This document shows, one piece after another, positions 56,174 through 64,000 of a DNA stretch of 64,000 nt. Position numbers and translations under genes: made by a program. The first letter of the stretch is position 1; every line of letters starts with the position of its first letter. The DNA is from an uncultured virus (IMG/VR IMGVR_UViG_3300021142_000034) (taxonomy: Duplodnaviria > Heunggongvirae > Uroviricota > Caudoviricetes): IMG/VR virus record IMGVR_UViG_3300021142_000034; one strand, written 5' to 3'. The notes beneath the pieces are model-generated. The model had not been told where the DNA came from. It saw only the letters and a program-made list of their open reading frames with translations, and did no database searches.

Positions 56174-57130
56174 TTAGACCCCGCCACTACCCAAGAATTG
56201 CTGGCGCGGAACAAATCTAATAGCTGCTTTTTCCCTGTCCTCACCAGCAGCCAGATCAAACTGTTCGTCGTAAGCCGCCTTGAGCATCTGAACCCGAGGC
56301 ATTAGCTCCGGCACTTTCATGGAAATTTGGTACGCCAAACCTGCAGCCACTGCTGGCAAGAAACGGAAGTTCATGTCTTGTACATTCGGGCCTTGCCCTG
56401 CATCCTGCACACGACGCAAGCGCCAATACGCAAACGTATATGTAGTAGATGAGTCTGGTGTGGGCCATACAGTGATTGCCGGTAGTTTAGGAACATAGAC
56501 CGCAGCGCCAAGCGAGTATGCTGATGCGGTTGTGTTTGCCTGCCCCCTAAAGCAGTTCTGTAAGGTATTACCAGAGATGTACGAGTAATAAATGATCTCA
56601 CCGCTTGTAGAGCCAAGCTGGATATAGCCGTTAGCAGCCAATCCAACCGTGCTTGAAAGCGTGATAACCGTATCCGTAGGGGCTACCGCAGCAGCCGCCT
56701 GAATTGTTGTCGTAGATGTCTCGCCAGACATCCGTTGCACCCAAACCTGAATAGGGCGAGCCTGAGTCAGCTTGTTTGGAATTGTCGCATAGGTAGAAAC
56801 ACTAATACGAGTAATCGTCAAGTCAGACTGATTGGAAGTGCTATTTGCGTTTGTGCGAATGACGTGATCTAACAAGTCAATCGTATCGGTTGGCAAAGGG
56901 TATGTGTTCAATCCTGGCGTCAAGGTAATCACACCCTGATCAATTGTCCACATGTTGATACCACGGTTTTGCCACTCGATGGTCATCAAATTCATTGACC
57001 TGCGTGCTGTACGCAAGTCATATCCGCTACGCATTTCACGACCAGCTCTCTCCCATGCCTCCTCTGCTATTTCAGCAAAGTCAAGGTCAAAGTTGGTCGT
57101 TCCAGTAGTCGTACCGGAGTTGATAGACAT
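56174..57130 (-). CDS. Putative head completion / adaptor protein
   Basis: EEAWERAG..GYDLRTARRS.NL..EW.NRG.N.WT; VWPTPD; RFLP..AGLAY. Confidence 0.78.
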   Translation of the reverse strand: MSINSGTTTGTTNFDLDFAEIAEEAWERAGREMRSGYDLRTARRSMNLMTIEWQNRGINMWTIDQGVITLTPGLNTYPLPTDTIDLLDHVIRTNANSTSNQSDLTITRISVSTYATIPNKLTQARPIQVWVQRMSGETSTTTIQAAAAVAPTDTVITLSSTVGLAANGYIQLGSTSGEIIYYSYISGNTLQNCFRGQANTTASAYSLGAAVYVPKLPAITVWPTPDSSTTYTFAYWRLRRVQDAGQGPNVQDMNFRFLPAVAAGLAYQISMKVPELMPRVQMLKAAYDEQFDLAAGEDREKAAIRFVPRQQFLGSGGV

Positions 57131-57132
57131 GA

Positions 57133-57345
57133 TTAAGCCTCGGCTGCTGGAGTCTCAGGTGTAGCGGCAACTTCTGCAACAGGCTCATCGTCTTCTACGA
57201 TAGGCAAGTCCAACTGCCCCGCCAAATCAGCGATGACAACGATCAAGGCAGGGTCTGGCATCCCATAAGCATTAATCTGGTGCTGAGCACGATGATTCAG
57301 TTCATCATAAATAAACTGTGCGTCTTCTTTGCTAATCTGGATCAT
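57133..57345 (-). CDS. Hypothetical acidic protein
   Basis: 70 aa, ATGA coupling, AAGGA SD. Confidence 0.6.
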   Translation of the reverse strand: MIQISKEDAQFIYDELNHRAQHQINAYGMPDPALIVVIADLAGQLDLPIVEDDEPVAEVAATPETPAAEA

Positions 57346-57593
57346 TTCTTTTTCCTTGCGGTTTTAGCCGAGTTAATAAAGTCCTGTTTAGTAGGAGCGC
57401 CCTTAGAGCCGACTTTTCTCATCTTCTCTTTGGAGCCGTGTGCAATACGCTCTTGCTTAGCATGAATGTTTGCGTACAAACCGGCTTTGCCGCCTGCGGA
57501 AAACTGCTCAAAGTCAGTGTCATCGCGGCGTTTTTTCATCCTACCTTTAGGCATTTTGCTGGCGCTAATAGCGCCCATTCCGCGACTTGACAT
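57342..57593 (-). CDS. Small basic late protein
   Basis: SRGMGAI..FSAGG..GLYANIHAK..KMRKVGSKGAPT. Confidence 0.75.
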   Translation of the reverse strand: MSSRGMGAISASKMPKGRMKKRRDDTDFEQFSAGGKAGLYANIHAKQERIAHGSKEKMRKVGSKGAPTKQDFINSAKTARKKK

Positions 57594-57769
57594 CAATTGT
57601 GCATCCCCCTGAGTGTCTCGGCTAGGCGTGCCCGTTGCCCCAGTTTACCTGGAGCCTTGGCAGCCTTAGCCAATTTCTTGGCTGGAATCTTTTCACCTTG
57701 AGGCACACCCAGTTGCTTGTGCAATGCACCCGCCCGAGAGATTGCGTGTTGGATCCATTTCTCAGCCAT
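57593..57769 (-). CDS. 58-aa basic late protein
   Basis: AGGAG SD; MAEKWIQHAI..GALHKQLGVP.GEKIP..GQRARLAETL. Confidence 0.75.
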   Translation of the reverse strand: MAEKWIQHAISRAGALHKQLGVPQGEKIPAKKLAKAAKAPGKLGQRARLAETLRGMHN

Positions 57770-57781
57770 GACTACTCCTGA

Positions 57782-58000
57782 TTAATACTTACCGCCGTGG
57801 CACAGATGCTTTTGGTGTTTGTGCAAGTGCTCAACAGCTTCGTGATGCTTGTGGTGACCTGCGGCGTGTTTGCCGTAGTGTTCATGGTGATGAACGTGAC
57901 CACCAGCTTCATGCTCTTTCAAATGATGAACCATGTGCTTGTGCTCATGGTGATGAGGAGCGTGACCGTGAGGATGAATAGGAGCGTGTTTATGAGACAT
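57782..58000 (-). CDS. Extremely His-rich protein (28 of 72 aa)
   Basis: AAGGTG SD before ATG 58000; ends LCHGGKY. Confidence 0.7.
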   Translation of the reverse strand: MSHKHAPIHPHGHAPHHHEHKHMVHHLKEHEAGGHVHHHEHYGKHAAGHHKHHEAVEHLHKHQKHLCHGGKY

Positions 58001-58010
58001 GATTTTCACC

Positions 58011-58730
58011 TTATTTCTTATGATGCATCTTGGCTTTGCCGCCATGCTTCAGACCAGTGGTGCTGCCGTGCATTTTTTCTTGCAAGGCGCGAGTGTGACC
58101 TTTTTGCTGGATAGCGTGCTCGCCATGAGCGCGCTTCTTCTCGCCGTGCTCAATAGAAGTCAGACCTTTGTGCATGGTGCGCACTTCTTCCTTCATTTCT
58201 TTCTTGCCGCCAGCAGCTTTCTCAATTACTGTGCCGTCAATCTTGCCGCCTTTAGCGTAGTGGTGTTTGGCGTGAGCCTTGCCGCCATGCTTTAAGCCCA
58301 TCTCGCCCATGTCTTTAGACTTAGGCACATGGTCAGCAGTCATGTGACCGCCTTGGTGCATGTGCATGTGGTGCTCAGCCATAGCCAAATGGTGATGAGC
58401 CAAATGCTTGTGGTGAGACTTGGTTAAGCCACCATGAGCCATACCGGGAGCGCCTCCCATAGGTGCGGCTGGAGGAGCCATAGTAGCTGCCATTGCTGGA
58501 CGAGCTGGGGCGGTGCGACGACGAGCTGCTGCCGCACCCATTAATGCGGCCATTGCCGCTGCTGCTTTAGGACTAGTTGCCATATCACCACCTCTTTTGA
58601 AATGTTTGCCTTTATCGGCTTCTGCGAAATCACGCCCAACAGATTGAGGGACGTGAACCTTTTTTGCAAAAGCCTTATTATGGGCTATTGCTTCCATAAA
58701 ATTATGTTGTTTTTTGCTTGTGCTTGGCAT
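58011..58730 (-). CDS. His/Lys/Ala-rich late protein with multiple xxGG motifs
   Basis: MPSTSKKQHNFMEAIAH..FAKKV.VPQSVG.DF. Confidence 0.75.
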   Translation of the reverse strand: MPSTSKKQHNFMEAIAHNKAFAKKVHVPQSVGRDFAEADKGKHFKRGGDMATSPKAAAAMAALMGAAAARRRTAPARPAMAATMAPPAAPMGGAPGMAHGGLTKSHHKHLAHHHLAMAEHHMHMHQGGHMTADHVPKSKDMGEMGLKHGGKAHAKHHYAKGGKIDGTVIEKAAGGKKEMKEEVRTMHKGLTSIEHGEKKRAHGEHAIQQKGHTRALQEKMHGSTTGLKHGGKAKMHHKK

Positions 58731-58731
58731 A

Positions 58732-58920
58732 TCAGAATTTTACGATCCAACCTTTACCAAAAGCAAAACCAACAGCTATTGCGCCAATCCAGATCAATAG
58801 CTTGTTGATAACGGTTTTACCAACTTGTTTGTAGAACTCGCCAGCCAATTCTTCAATGGCAATCTTTGCCGCTTCTTTGGCTATGGCTTGCTCACGTTCA
58901 GTAAGTTCGATGTCAACCAT
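58732..58920 (-). CDS. Small membrane protein
   Basis: AAKIAIEE..FYKQVGKTV followed by a TM helix. Confidence 0.7.
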   Translation of the reverse strand: MVDIELTEREQAIAKEAAKIAIEELAGEFYKQVGKTVINKLLIWIGAIAVGFAFGKGWIVKF

Positions 58921-58921
58921 A

Positions 58922-59164
58922 TCAACAATTCCATGCTCTTAACGATTTATTGATGCGAGAATTCGGGTCTTTTTTCGTCTTCTCGCCGGTCAACTTGGCT
59001 TTCATCCCTTCCATCCGGGCGCAGAAAGAGTCTCGGCGTTTGCCGCCCTCTGGCTGCGGAGGCTTCAGGTTCATGCCTTGTGCCTTCGCAGAGGCTCGAC
59101 CCTTGGCGTTCAGTCCGCCTTTGGGATTCTTGCCTTCTTTGCGCGTCCATGCCGGGGATTTCAT
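58922..59164 (-). CDS. Small basic conserved phage protein
   Basis: PAWTRKEGKNPKGGLNAKGRAS..RRDSFCARM..SRINKSLRAWNC. Confidence 0.8.
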   Translation of the reverse strand: MKSPAWTRKEGKNPKGGLNAKGRASAKAQGMNLKPPQPEGGKRRDSFCARMEGMKAKLTGEKTKKDPNSRINKSLRAWNC

Positions 59165-59964
59165 TACGTGCTACCCACATCTGCGTTTGCAATCAAAACG
59201 CCTCCAGCAAAGATGCTTCCAGTGTACGGTCCACCCGTGCTGGCTTTCATCTGAAACTGAATATCCGTTCCGCCTTCATGAGTGACGGGCACCGAATATG
59301 GGACGTTAAAAATCTGCACAAAAGGAGACTGAGACAATACGTTTGTGTTGCCGCTGTAACCCAATGGATAACCCAAATAGTTATCGCCTAGAACAGGCAA
59401 GTTGTATTTGTTGTACTCAGCAAAAGTCATGTAAGTACTGGACGTGAATCCAATGCTTGCGTTTGCTTGTACATAAGACAAATAGAACGTGTAACCCTTT
59501 GGCACAGTGTAGATTGACATCTGCGACTGACCAATACCAATGTTGATCTGGGCATAAAGCACAGAGTTGTTTTTGCAGGTGATGGTTCCTGCATTAACGC
59601 CATTGGTAATGTACAGACCGTTAATTCTTAAATAAGAGTTAACTGTCGTCACGTTTGTTGTGCCGTTTAGCGTAATGATTTCAGACAGCAAGTTGTAGTT
59701 TGCATCTAAACCCATGACCAAAACGTTTTGTGTATCCGTAGTTGTGGATACCAAAGTCATTTGAACGGCAGAGCTTGGATAGGCATAAGCGCCACCAGAC
59801 TGCGTGAGTCCTTCCCAGCAGGGTCCCAATGCCGTTGATCCAACCGCAGTGCTGTATCCAAAAAGTTCAATTGGATAGTGCAAAGCCACTTGGCCGCGAG
59901 CAACCTGCAGCTCAAAAGGCTCATGTCTACCATTTCTGGTAATTGAAGAGACTTGTGCTCCCAT
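59164..59964 (-). CDS. Virion structural protein
   Basis: EPFELQVARG..GLDANY..E..TLNGT..YTVPKGYT; AAGGAG SD. Confidence 0.75.
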   Translation of the reverse strand: MGAQVSSITRNGRHEPFELQVARGQVALHYPIELFGYSTAVGSTALGPCWEGLTQSGGAYAYPSSAVQMTLVSTTTDTQNVLVMGLDANYNLLSEIITLNGTTNVTTVNSYLRINGLYITNGVNAGTITCKNNSVLYAQINIGIGQSQMSIYTVPKGYTFYLSYVQANASIGFTSSTYMTFAEYNKYNLPVLGDNYLGYPLGYSGNTNVLSQSPFVQIFNVPYSVPVTHEGGTDIQFQMKASTGGPYTGSIFAGGVLIANADVGST

Positions 59965-59984
59965 AACTAATCTCCTTGAGTTGT

Positions 59985-60007
59985 AAAACCAAGGGGCCGA
60001 AGCCCCC
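59985..60007 (-). terminator. TTCG-loop hairpin, possible weak terminator
   Basis: GGGGC-TTCG-GCCCC then TTGGTTTT. Confidence 0.5.
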
Positions 60008-60016
60008 CGAGATTAA

Positions 60017-60727
60017 TTAGTCGAAGTTACCGTATGGGTAAGTCGTTGCGTTACCAATGTTCATGTCGTTCTGGTTATAGCGAATAGTCACTTCAACTTG
60101 ACCAGATGTCAAACCAGCAGCAGTCGTGGTCATTGCCAAAGTAACAACCACTTGACCATACCAAGCTGGGTCTTGACCAACGTATGGGTTTTGGAAATCT
60201 TGCAGCGTAGCATTTGAGTTAGCCAACTGAGAACCAACAAAAGTAGCCGTGTATCGCTGTGCGGCTGGGCTGGAGATGTTGGCAAACGTAGCGTAAACAC
60301 CAGTAGACGTTGCAAAGTTATTTGAAACGTATGGCTGAATTGCGCTCACAGCAACAGGAGTACCGGCGCTATCCTTTGGCACTGTACCAATATCAAAGAT
60401 CACATCAGTGATGTTGCAGCTGTAAGGAATATAGAAAACTACGCCGCGATAAACCAAGTTGGTAGCGTCAGCAGTTGGAGCAGAAGCCTTTGTAGGACCG
60501 CTATTGCTGAATACGCCAGACTGAGGGGTCCAGATCGTTGCGTTGCTATTGGGGATGTTGTTTGAGGCAACAAACTGACCAGAGTTGCCACCATAGTTTG
60601 CACCAGGTGTAGTAACAGAAAAATCCAAAAGAGCCGTTTGAACGAGATCGGTATAGCCAACATCGCGGTTAGGGCCGAAACGGTTTTGCCCAGACAGAAT
60701 TGGGCCTGAAAAGGTGGAGCGTGCCAT
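60017..60727 (-). CDS. Virion structural / decoration protein
   Basis: MARSTFSGP start, beta-rich; downstream of the capsid gene. Confidence 0.72.
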   Translation of the reverse strand: MARSTFSGPILSGQNRFGPNRDVGYTDLVQTALLDFSVTTPGANYGGNSGQFVASNNIPNSNATIWTPQSGVFSNSGPTKASAPTADATNLVYRGVVFYIPYSCNITDVIFDIGTVPKDSAGTPVAVSAIQPYVSNNFATSTGVYATFANISSPAAQRYTATFVGSQLANSNATLQDFQNPYVGQDPAWYGQVVVTLAMTTTAAGLTSGQVEVTIRYNQNDMNIGNATTYPYGNFD

Positions 60728-60744
60728 GACAGTAAGTCCTTATG

Positions 60745-60815
60745 CAAAAGATAACGTGCCGATTGTTGCATCATGACCGCTGGGGCGGCTGGTGGCACGC
60801 TTGAATTCCCCAGAT
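60745..60815 (-). ncRNA. Candidate pseudoknotted 5' leader
   Basis: CGTGCC/GGCACG stem, GCCGC-CCCA-GCGGT hairpin whose loop is complementary to 5' TGGG. Confidence 0.4.
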
Positions 60816-60820
60816 GTCTC

Positions 60821-60848
60821 AATATACACCAAATACAAAATTAAGCAA
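60821..60848 (-). promoter_or_regulatory. Putative promoter
   Basis: TTGCTT-16 nt-TATATT. Confidence 0.45.
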
Positions 60849-61407
60849 GAATTTTGTTGGACTTTATTAAGTTTTCTTCCTGAGTAATCACCCTTAAATT
60901 CCAAGGTACATGAAGGCCGCAAACATCAGGCGAGATCAACGGAACGATGTGGTCAACCACATACCTCTCGCCAGTAATCTTGGTCATCTTCTGCGCCTGC
61001 AAATATAGTCCTCGCATAGCTAACTTCTGTTCTGCCGTGATCCAAGCCGGAGTAGCGTCGCGGTGTCTACGCTTACGCACACTGGTTAGTGCTTTGTAAT
61101 ATTCTGGATTGTTTTCTTTGTGTTTTTTCTTGTAAACATTTTTTTCTTCAGCAGGTCTTGCACTTGCCCTAGCTTTTACAGCTTCTTTGTTTTTTTCATA
61201 GTACCTGCGAGCAGCTTCTTTGGCGGCTTCTGACTTGGGTTTTTCTTTGCGTTTGGCATTTCCAATTTTCCATTCGTCTTTCATGCATTCAACGCACAAG
61301 CCCTTTGTTTTGCGTAGTGCTATATGACCACGACTACACGCAAGCCCAGTGAAATAGTACTTACTGCCGGTTTTCTTTGCCTCTAACCTGCTACTTGGAT
61401 AATCCAT
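60841..61407 (-). CDS. Free-standing HNH endonuclease
   Basis: YFTG..C.RGH..CVEC; ATPAW; YVVDHIVPL..VCGLHVPWNLRVI...NL.KSN; AAGGAG SD before ATG 61407. Confidence 0.88.
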   Translation of the reverse strand: MDYPSSRLEAKKTGSKYYFTGLACSRGHIALRKTKGLCVECMKDEWKIGNAKRKEKPKSEAAKEAARRYYEKNKEAVKARASARPAEEKNVYKKKHKENNPEYYKALTSVRKRRHRDATPAWITAEQKLAMRGLYLQAQKMTKITGERYVVDHIVPLISPDVCGLHVPWNLRVITQEENLIKSNKILA

Positions 61408-61449
61408 TATTGCTCCTTGCGTTACGATACAGGAAATCATAACACAAAT

Positions 61450-61470
61450 AAAAAGGGGCCGAAGCCCCTT
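61450..61470 (-). terminator. Rho-independent terminator after major capsid gene
   Basis: AAGGGGC-TTCG-GCCCCTT then T run. Confidence 0.8.
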
Positions 61471-61498
61471 AATGAAAATATTAATTTCTTTAATGAAA

Positions 61499-62401
61499 TC
61501 AATAAGTTCCGTAGATACCTAAAGGATCTGACCAGCCAAAAGAGTAGCGTTCGCGGCTCTTATAGCGTACATTCCCCGTGTCAAAGTCTCCGTCCATTGA
61601 ATTTTGCAATGGGGTGCGTTCGAAGTGCTTCATGCCGTTAGGCACGTCGGTCAACAGGAACCAAGCATTAGGCGCGGTCAAGAAGTGGTTAATGGTGTAA
61701 CCCTCTGGGATCGAACCATTGTTCTCGATAGCGTTAATGTCGTTGTTGTTAGTACCAACGCGCAACTTAGTTTCGAGCAAACGGGTTGCAACGAACTGCA
61801 GTGCTGGAGGAACAATCAACTTCTTGGGTTTAGCTGCAATCAGCAAGCCACGTTCATCGGTCCATGCGGCGATTTGAATCACAGCGTTTTCCAACGATGT
61901 TTCATTCAAGTCGGCAGGGGTAGATGGGCTGTTGCTGTTAGTGCCACCGTTCACCAAGGGGTGAGCGCTGTTAAACAAAGAAACGCCGTCACCACCAACA
62001 TAAGCAGAGTTAAAGCCGTTGTTCAAGACGGCAGCAGCTTTAACTTGTTTGGTGTAAGCCATAGCACGAGCCAAGCCTTTGGTGTAACGAGCAGACAGGC
62101 TGTCGTACAGGTTATCTTCAATCGCTTCTTCAGTGATTGAGAAACCCAAGGCGATGGTTTCGTGGTTATAACGAGTTGTCCATGCTTCTTGTGCATTGTC
62201 ATAAGCGATGGCGGAGCCTTCGTTCTTAACAGGTGCAGCAGAGAAACCAGACAGTTTCGTTTCTTCTTCAAAGCTACGCTCCGAGGTTTCGGTTTCGTAG
62301 ATTTCTTTGTGCTCTTCGCCGTAGCGTGCATACTCCAAACCGAACAAAGCGTTCAGACCTGGCAGCAATTCTTTGAGCAGTTGTGCGCGTGAAATAGCCA
62401 T
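61499..62401 (-). CDS. Major capsid protein
   Basis: MAISRAQLLKELLPGLNALFG..SERSFEEE..DNLY..LIVPP.L..DFDTGNVRYK.RERYSFG; strong SD and downstream terminator. Confidence 0.9.
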   Translation of the reverse strand: MAISRAQLLKELLPGLNALFGLEYARYGEEHKEIYETETSERSFEEETKLSGFSAAPVKNEGSAIAYDNAQEAWTTRYNHETIALGFSITEEAIEDNLYDSLSARYTKGLARAMAYTKQVKAAAVLNNGFNSAYVGGDGVSLFNSAHPLVNGGTNSNSPSTPADLNETSLENAVIQIAAWTDERGLLIAAKPKKLIVPPALQFVATRLLETKLRVGTNNNDINAIENNGSIPEGYTINHFLTAPNAWFLLTDVPNGMKHFERTPLQNSMDGDFDTGNVRYKSRERYSFGWSDPLGIYGTY

Positions 62402-62414
62402 TTTAAATTACTCC

Positions 62415-63269
62415 TTAGACGGTGATACCGTTGTAATAGCCATGAGTTCCCTGATTGAACTTAACCAAAATCTCAGGATATTGGTTGAAAACAATCGTGG
62501 CCGATGCGGTGATAGCTGGGCTAGGTGCAACGTTCACAGTCAGTGAAGTAGAGCCAGCCGATGCTGCTGCAGCGATGAAGGAACCAGTAGCAATGTACTG
62601 ACCGTTAGGAGCAATGCTGCCAATATCAGTACCAACTGGCAATGCTTGAGGAATAGCAGCGCAAGTGATAGTGGTAGAGGAGATGCTTGTGTAAGTGGTT
62701 GTACCCAAAGACACAACGGTATCAGGAACCAAACCGATAACACGCAATGGGACGGCAGAAGTCGTCGTCAAAGATGTTGGGCTAGTTGCGCCGATTAACG
62801 AATCGCCAGTGTTGACGTTACCAGTACCAGCTGCCCAAGAGCGGTTGATACCAACGTTTTGACCAACCAAAGCCATAGAGCCAGAAGCAAGAGTACCGGC
62901 AGAGGCTAAAGCCACTACTTTGAACACTTGATCAGGATCATCAGCAACAATTGCTTGAGCATCGCCAGCCAAAGTGTTTGCAGGCCAGTATTGGCTGAAA
63001 CGCTTTTGTTTGGTCACTGGGTCTGTAAAAGTGCAGCCCAAGAAGATGCCAACAATGTTTTGAGTTGGGGTTGCCAAAGTACCGTTGCTAGTGGTGATGG
63101 TAGACTGAACCACAAAACCAGTAGACAAAGCTACGATGTCGCCATAGTACAAGTTACTTCCGTAGTTGTACTGGATAGGTAAATAACGAGTGGAACCCGC
63201 AAATACCTGACCTCCGATCAGATTGACCGGCTTGAACCCGTAAGGGGCCGAGACAGTTGGATAAGCCAT
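62415..63269 (-). CDS. Capsid-associated (minor capsid/cement) protein
   Basis: APYGFKPV..GIFLGC.FTDP..DDPD.VF..PLRVIG; immediately upstream of the capsid gene. Confidence 0.72.
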   Translation of the reverse strand: MAYPTVSAPYGFKPVNLIGGQVFAGSTRYLPIQYNYGSNLYYGDIVALSTGFVVQSTITTSNGTLATPTQNIVGIFLGCTFTDPVTKQKRFSQYWPANTLAGDAQAIVADDPDQVFKVVALASAGTLASGSMALVGQNVGINRSWAAGTGNVNTGDSLIGATSPTSLTTTSAVPLRVIGLVPDTVVSLGTTTYTSISSTTITCAAIPQALPVGTDIGSIAPNGQYIATGSFIAAAASAGSTSLTVNVAPSPAITASATIVFNQYPEILVKFNQGTHGYYNGITV

Positions 63270-63285
63270 TTAGGACTCCTAAAAA

Positions 63286-63735
63286 TTAAGATTTGCCGAA
63301 TGTAACCTCAGAGCGCCTGTCTTTAAACAGAGGCATACGAGGATCACTATTGCGCATGAAACTATTATCAACCGACTCCATCTGAGCTGTGTTTTGCTTG
63401 GCGTAGTATTCTGCCGCCTGCTTCACAAACTCCTCTGGTATCCGGCATAACAATAGTCCGCCGACTTCAATGCCACCTTTAAATCTTCCATCATCCACTT
63501 CATGCATCATCAACTCTGGATATTCCTCGGCTTTGCAAGGCTCATAACCTTCGCGCAAGCGCATAGAAATATTCTTCGGATCTGCATTCCCTACCATGCT
63601 AATGCGGATATAGCGGTGCTCCCATCCTGGACGGGGATCCGGCATTGGCAGTTGCTCTGGCGGACGCCATGCATCTGGTCGCTGCATAACAGCACGGGTT
63701 TCAGTTTCACGAGGTTTACGATTCTGTTCTGACAT
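63286..63735 (-). CDS. Conserved head-module protein
   Basis: WRPP..LP.P..G..RYIR..REGYEP..VGGLLLCRIP. Confidence 0.75.
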   Translation of the reverse strand: MSEQNRKPRETETRAVMQRPDAWRPPEQLPMPDPRPGWEHRYIRISMVGNADPKNISMRLREGYEPCKAEEYPELMMHEVDDGRFKGGIEVGGLLLCRIPEEFVKQAAEYYAKQNTAQMESVDNSFMRNSDPRMPLFKDRRSEVTFGKS

Positions 63736-63737
63736 GA

Positions 63738-64000
63738 TTAGTTTCCTTTACGAGTTTTTTCAACTTGACGTGCATAGTCCTCTAATGAGACACCAAGACG
63801 CCTTGCAATGTTTGCTTGACTTGCAGTAAGTACGATCTTCTTGGTCGCTGTACTTCTACTTGCCGGTGCAACATTTGATCTCTTAGGTGGAGAAGAAGCT
63901 TCCTCCTCAGAGCTGCCTTCAAAACGATCAGGGAACCTATTACGCATTTCGGAATCAATTCTTCGGTAGTACTCTGGGCTAGATGGATTAATTCGCTCAT
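63738..64000 (-). CDS. Putative scaffolding protein, C-terminal part (enters from window end)
   Basis: Open to the edge: ERINPSSPEYYRRIDSEMRNRFP..VAPASRS..LTASQANIARRLGVSLEDYARQV. Confidence 0.75.
   Translation of the reverse strand, partial: ERINPSSPEYYRRIDSEMRNRFPDRFEGSSEEEASSPPKRSNVAPASRSTATKKIVLTASQANIARRLGVSLEDYARQVEKTRKGN

Noticed and set aside
61604..62140. 178-aa plus-strand ORF
   Set aside because: Antisense to the major capsid gene; a codon-bias shadow

Overview
The window is almost the whole of a circularly permuted, roughly 64 kb tailed dsDNA phage genome. Both window ends fall inside what looks like the same scaffold-like gene. The layout is podovirus-like, and spanins point to a Gram-negative host; the gene families resemble uncultured freshwater phages (inference). 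Modules: packaging (terS, LexA-like, terL, portal, GroES-like, scaffold; 1-6429, minus strand); a rightward cluster of small early genes (6627-9111); a leftward replication/accessory arm (primase, DNA methylase, helicase, ParB-like, glycosyltransferase, many modular micro-genes, HNH; 9091-22468); an approximately 1 kb structured non-coding region (22470-23470); a rightward recombination operon (PD-(D/E)xK nuclease, ERF, SSB-like, Ref-like; 23917-27715); and a long leftward virion/lysis arm (27672-64000). I recognised no DNA polymerase, integrase, tRNA or CRISPR array. Most striking: (1) a 304-aa intein in the helicase whose HNH endonuclease is overprinted in the +1 frame with its own Shine-Dalgarno; (2) a free-standing HNH that appears to have taken a virion gene's start, leaving that gene with an apparent ATT start; (3) a cluster of candidate ncRNAs upstream of an Arg-rich HNH, including a possible anti-RBS sRNA; (4) a 24-bp palindrome present twice, 18 kb apart; (5) a recurrent xxGG motif across many late proteins. 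All calls are by eye; no database search or folding program was run.
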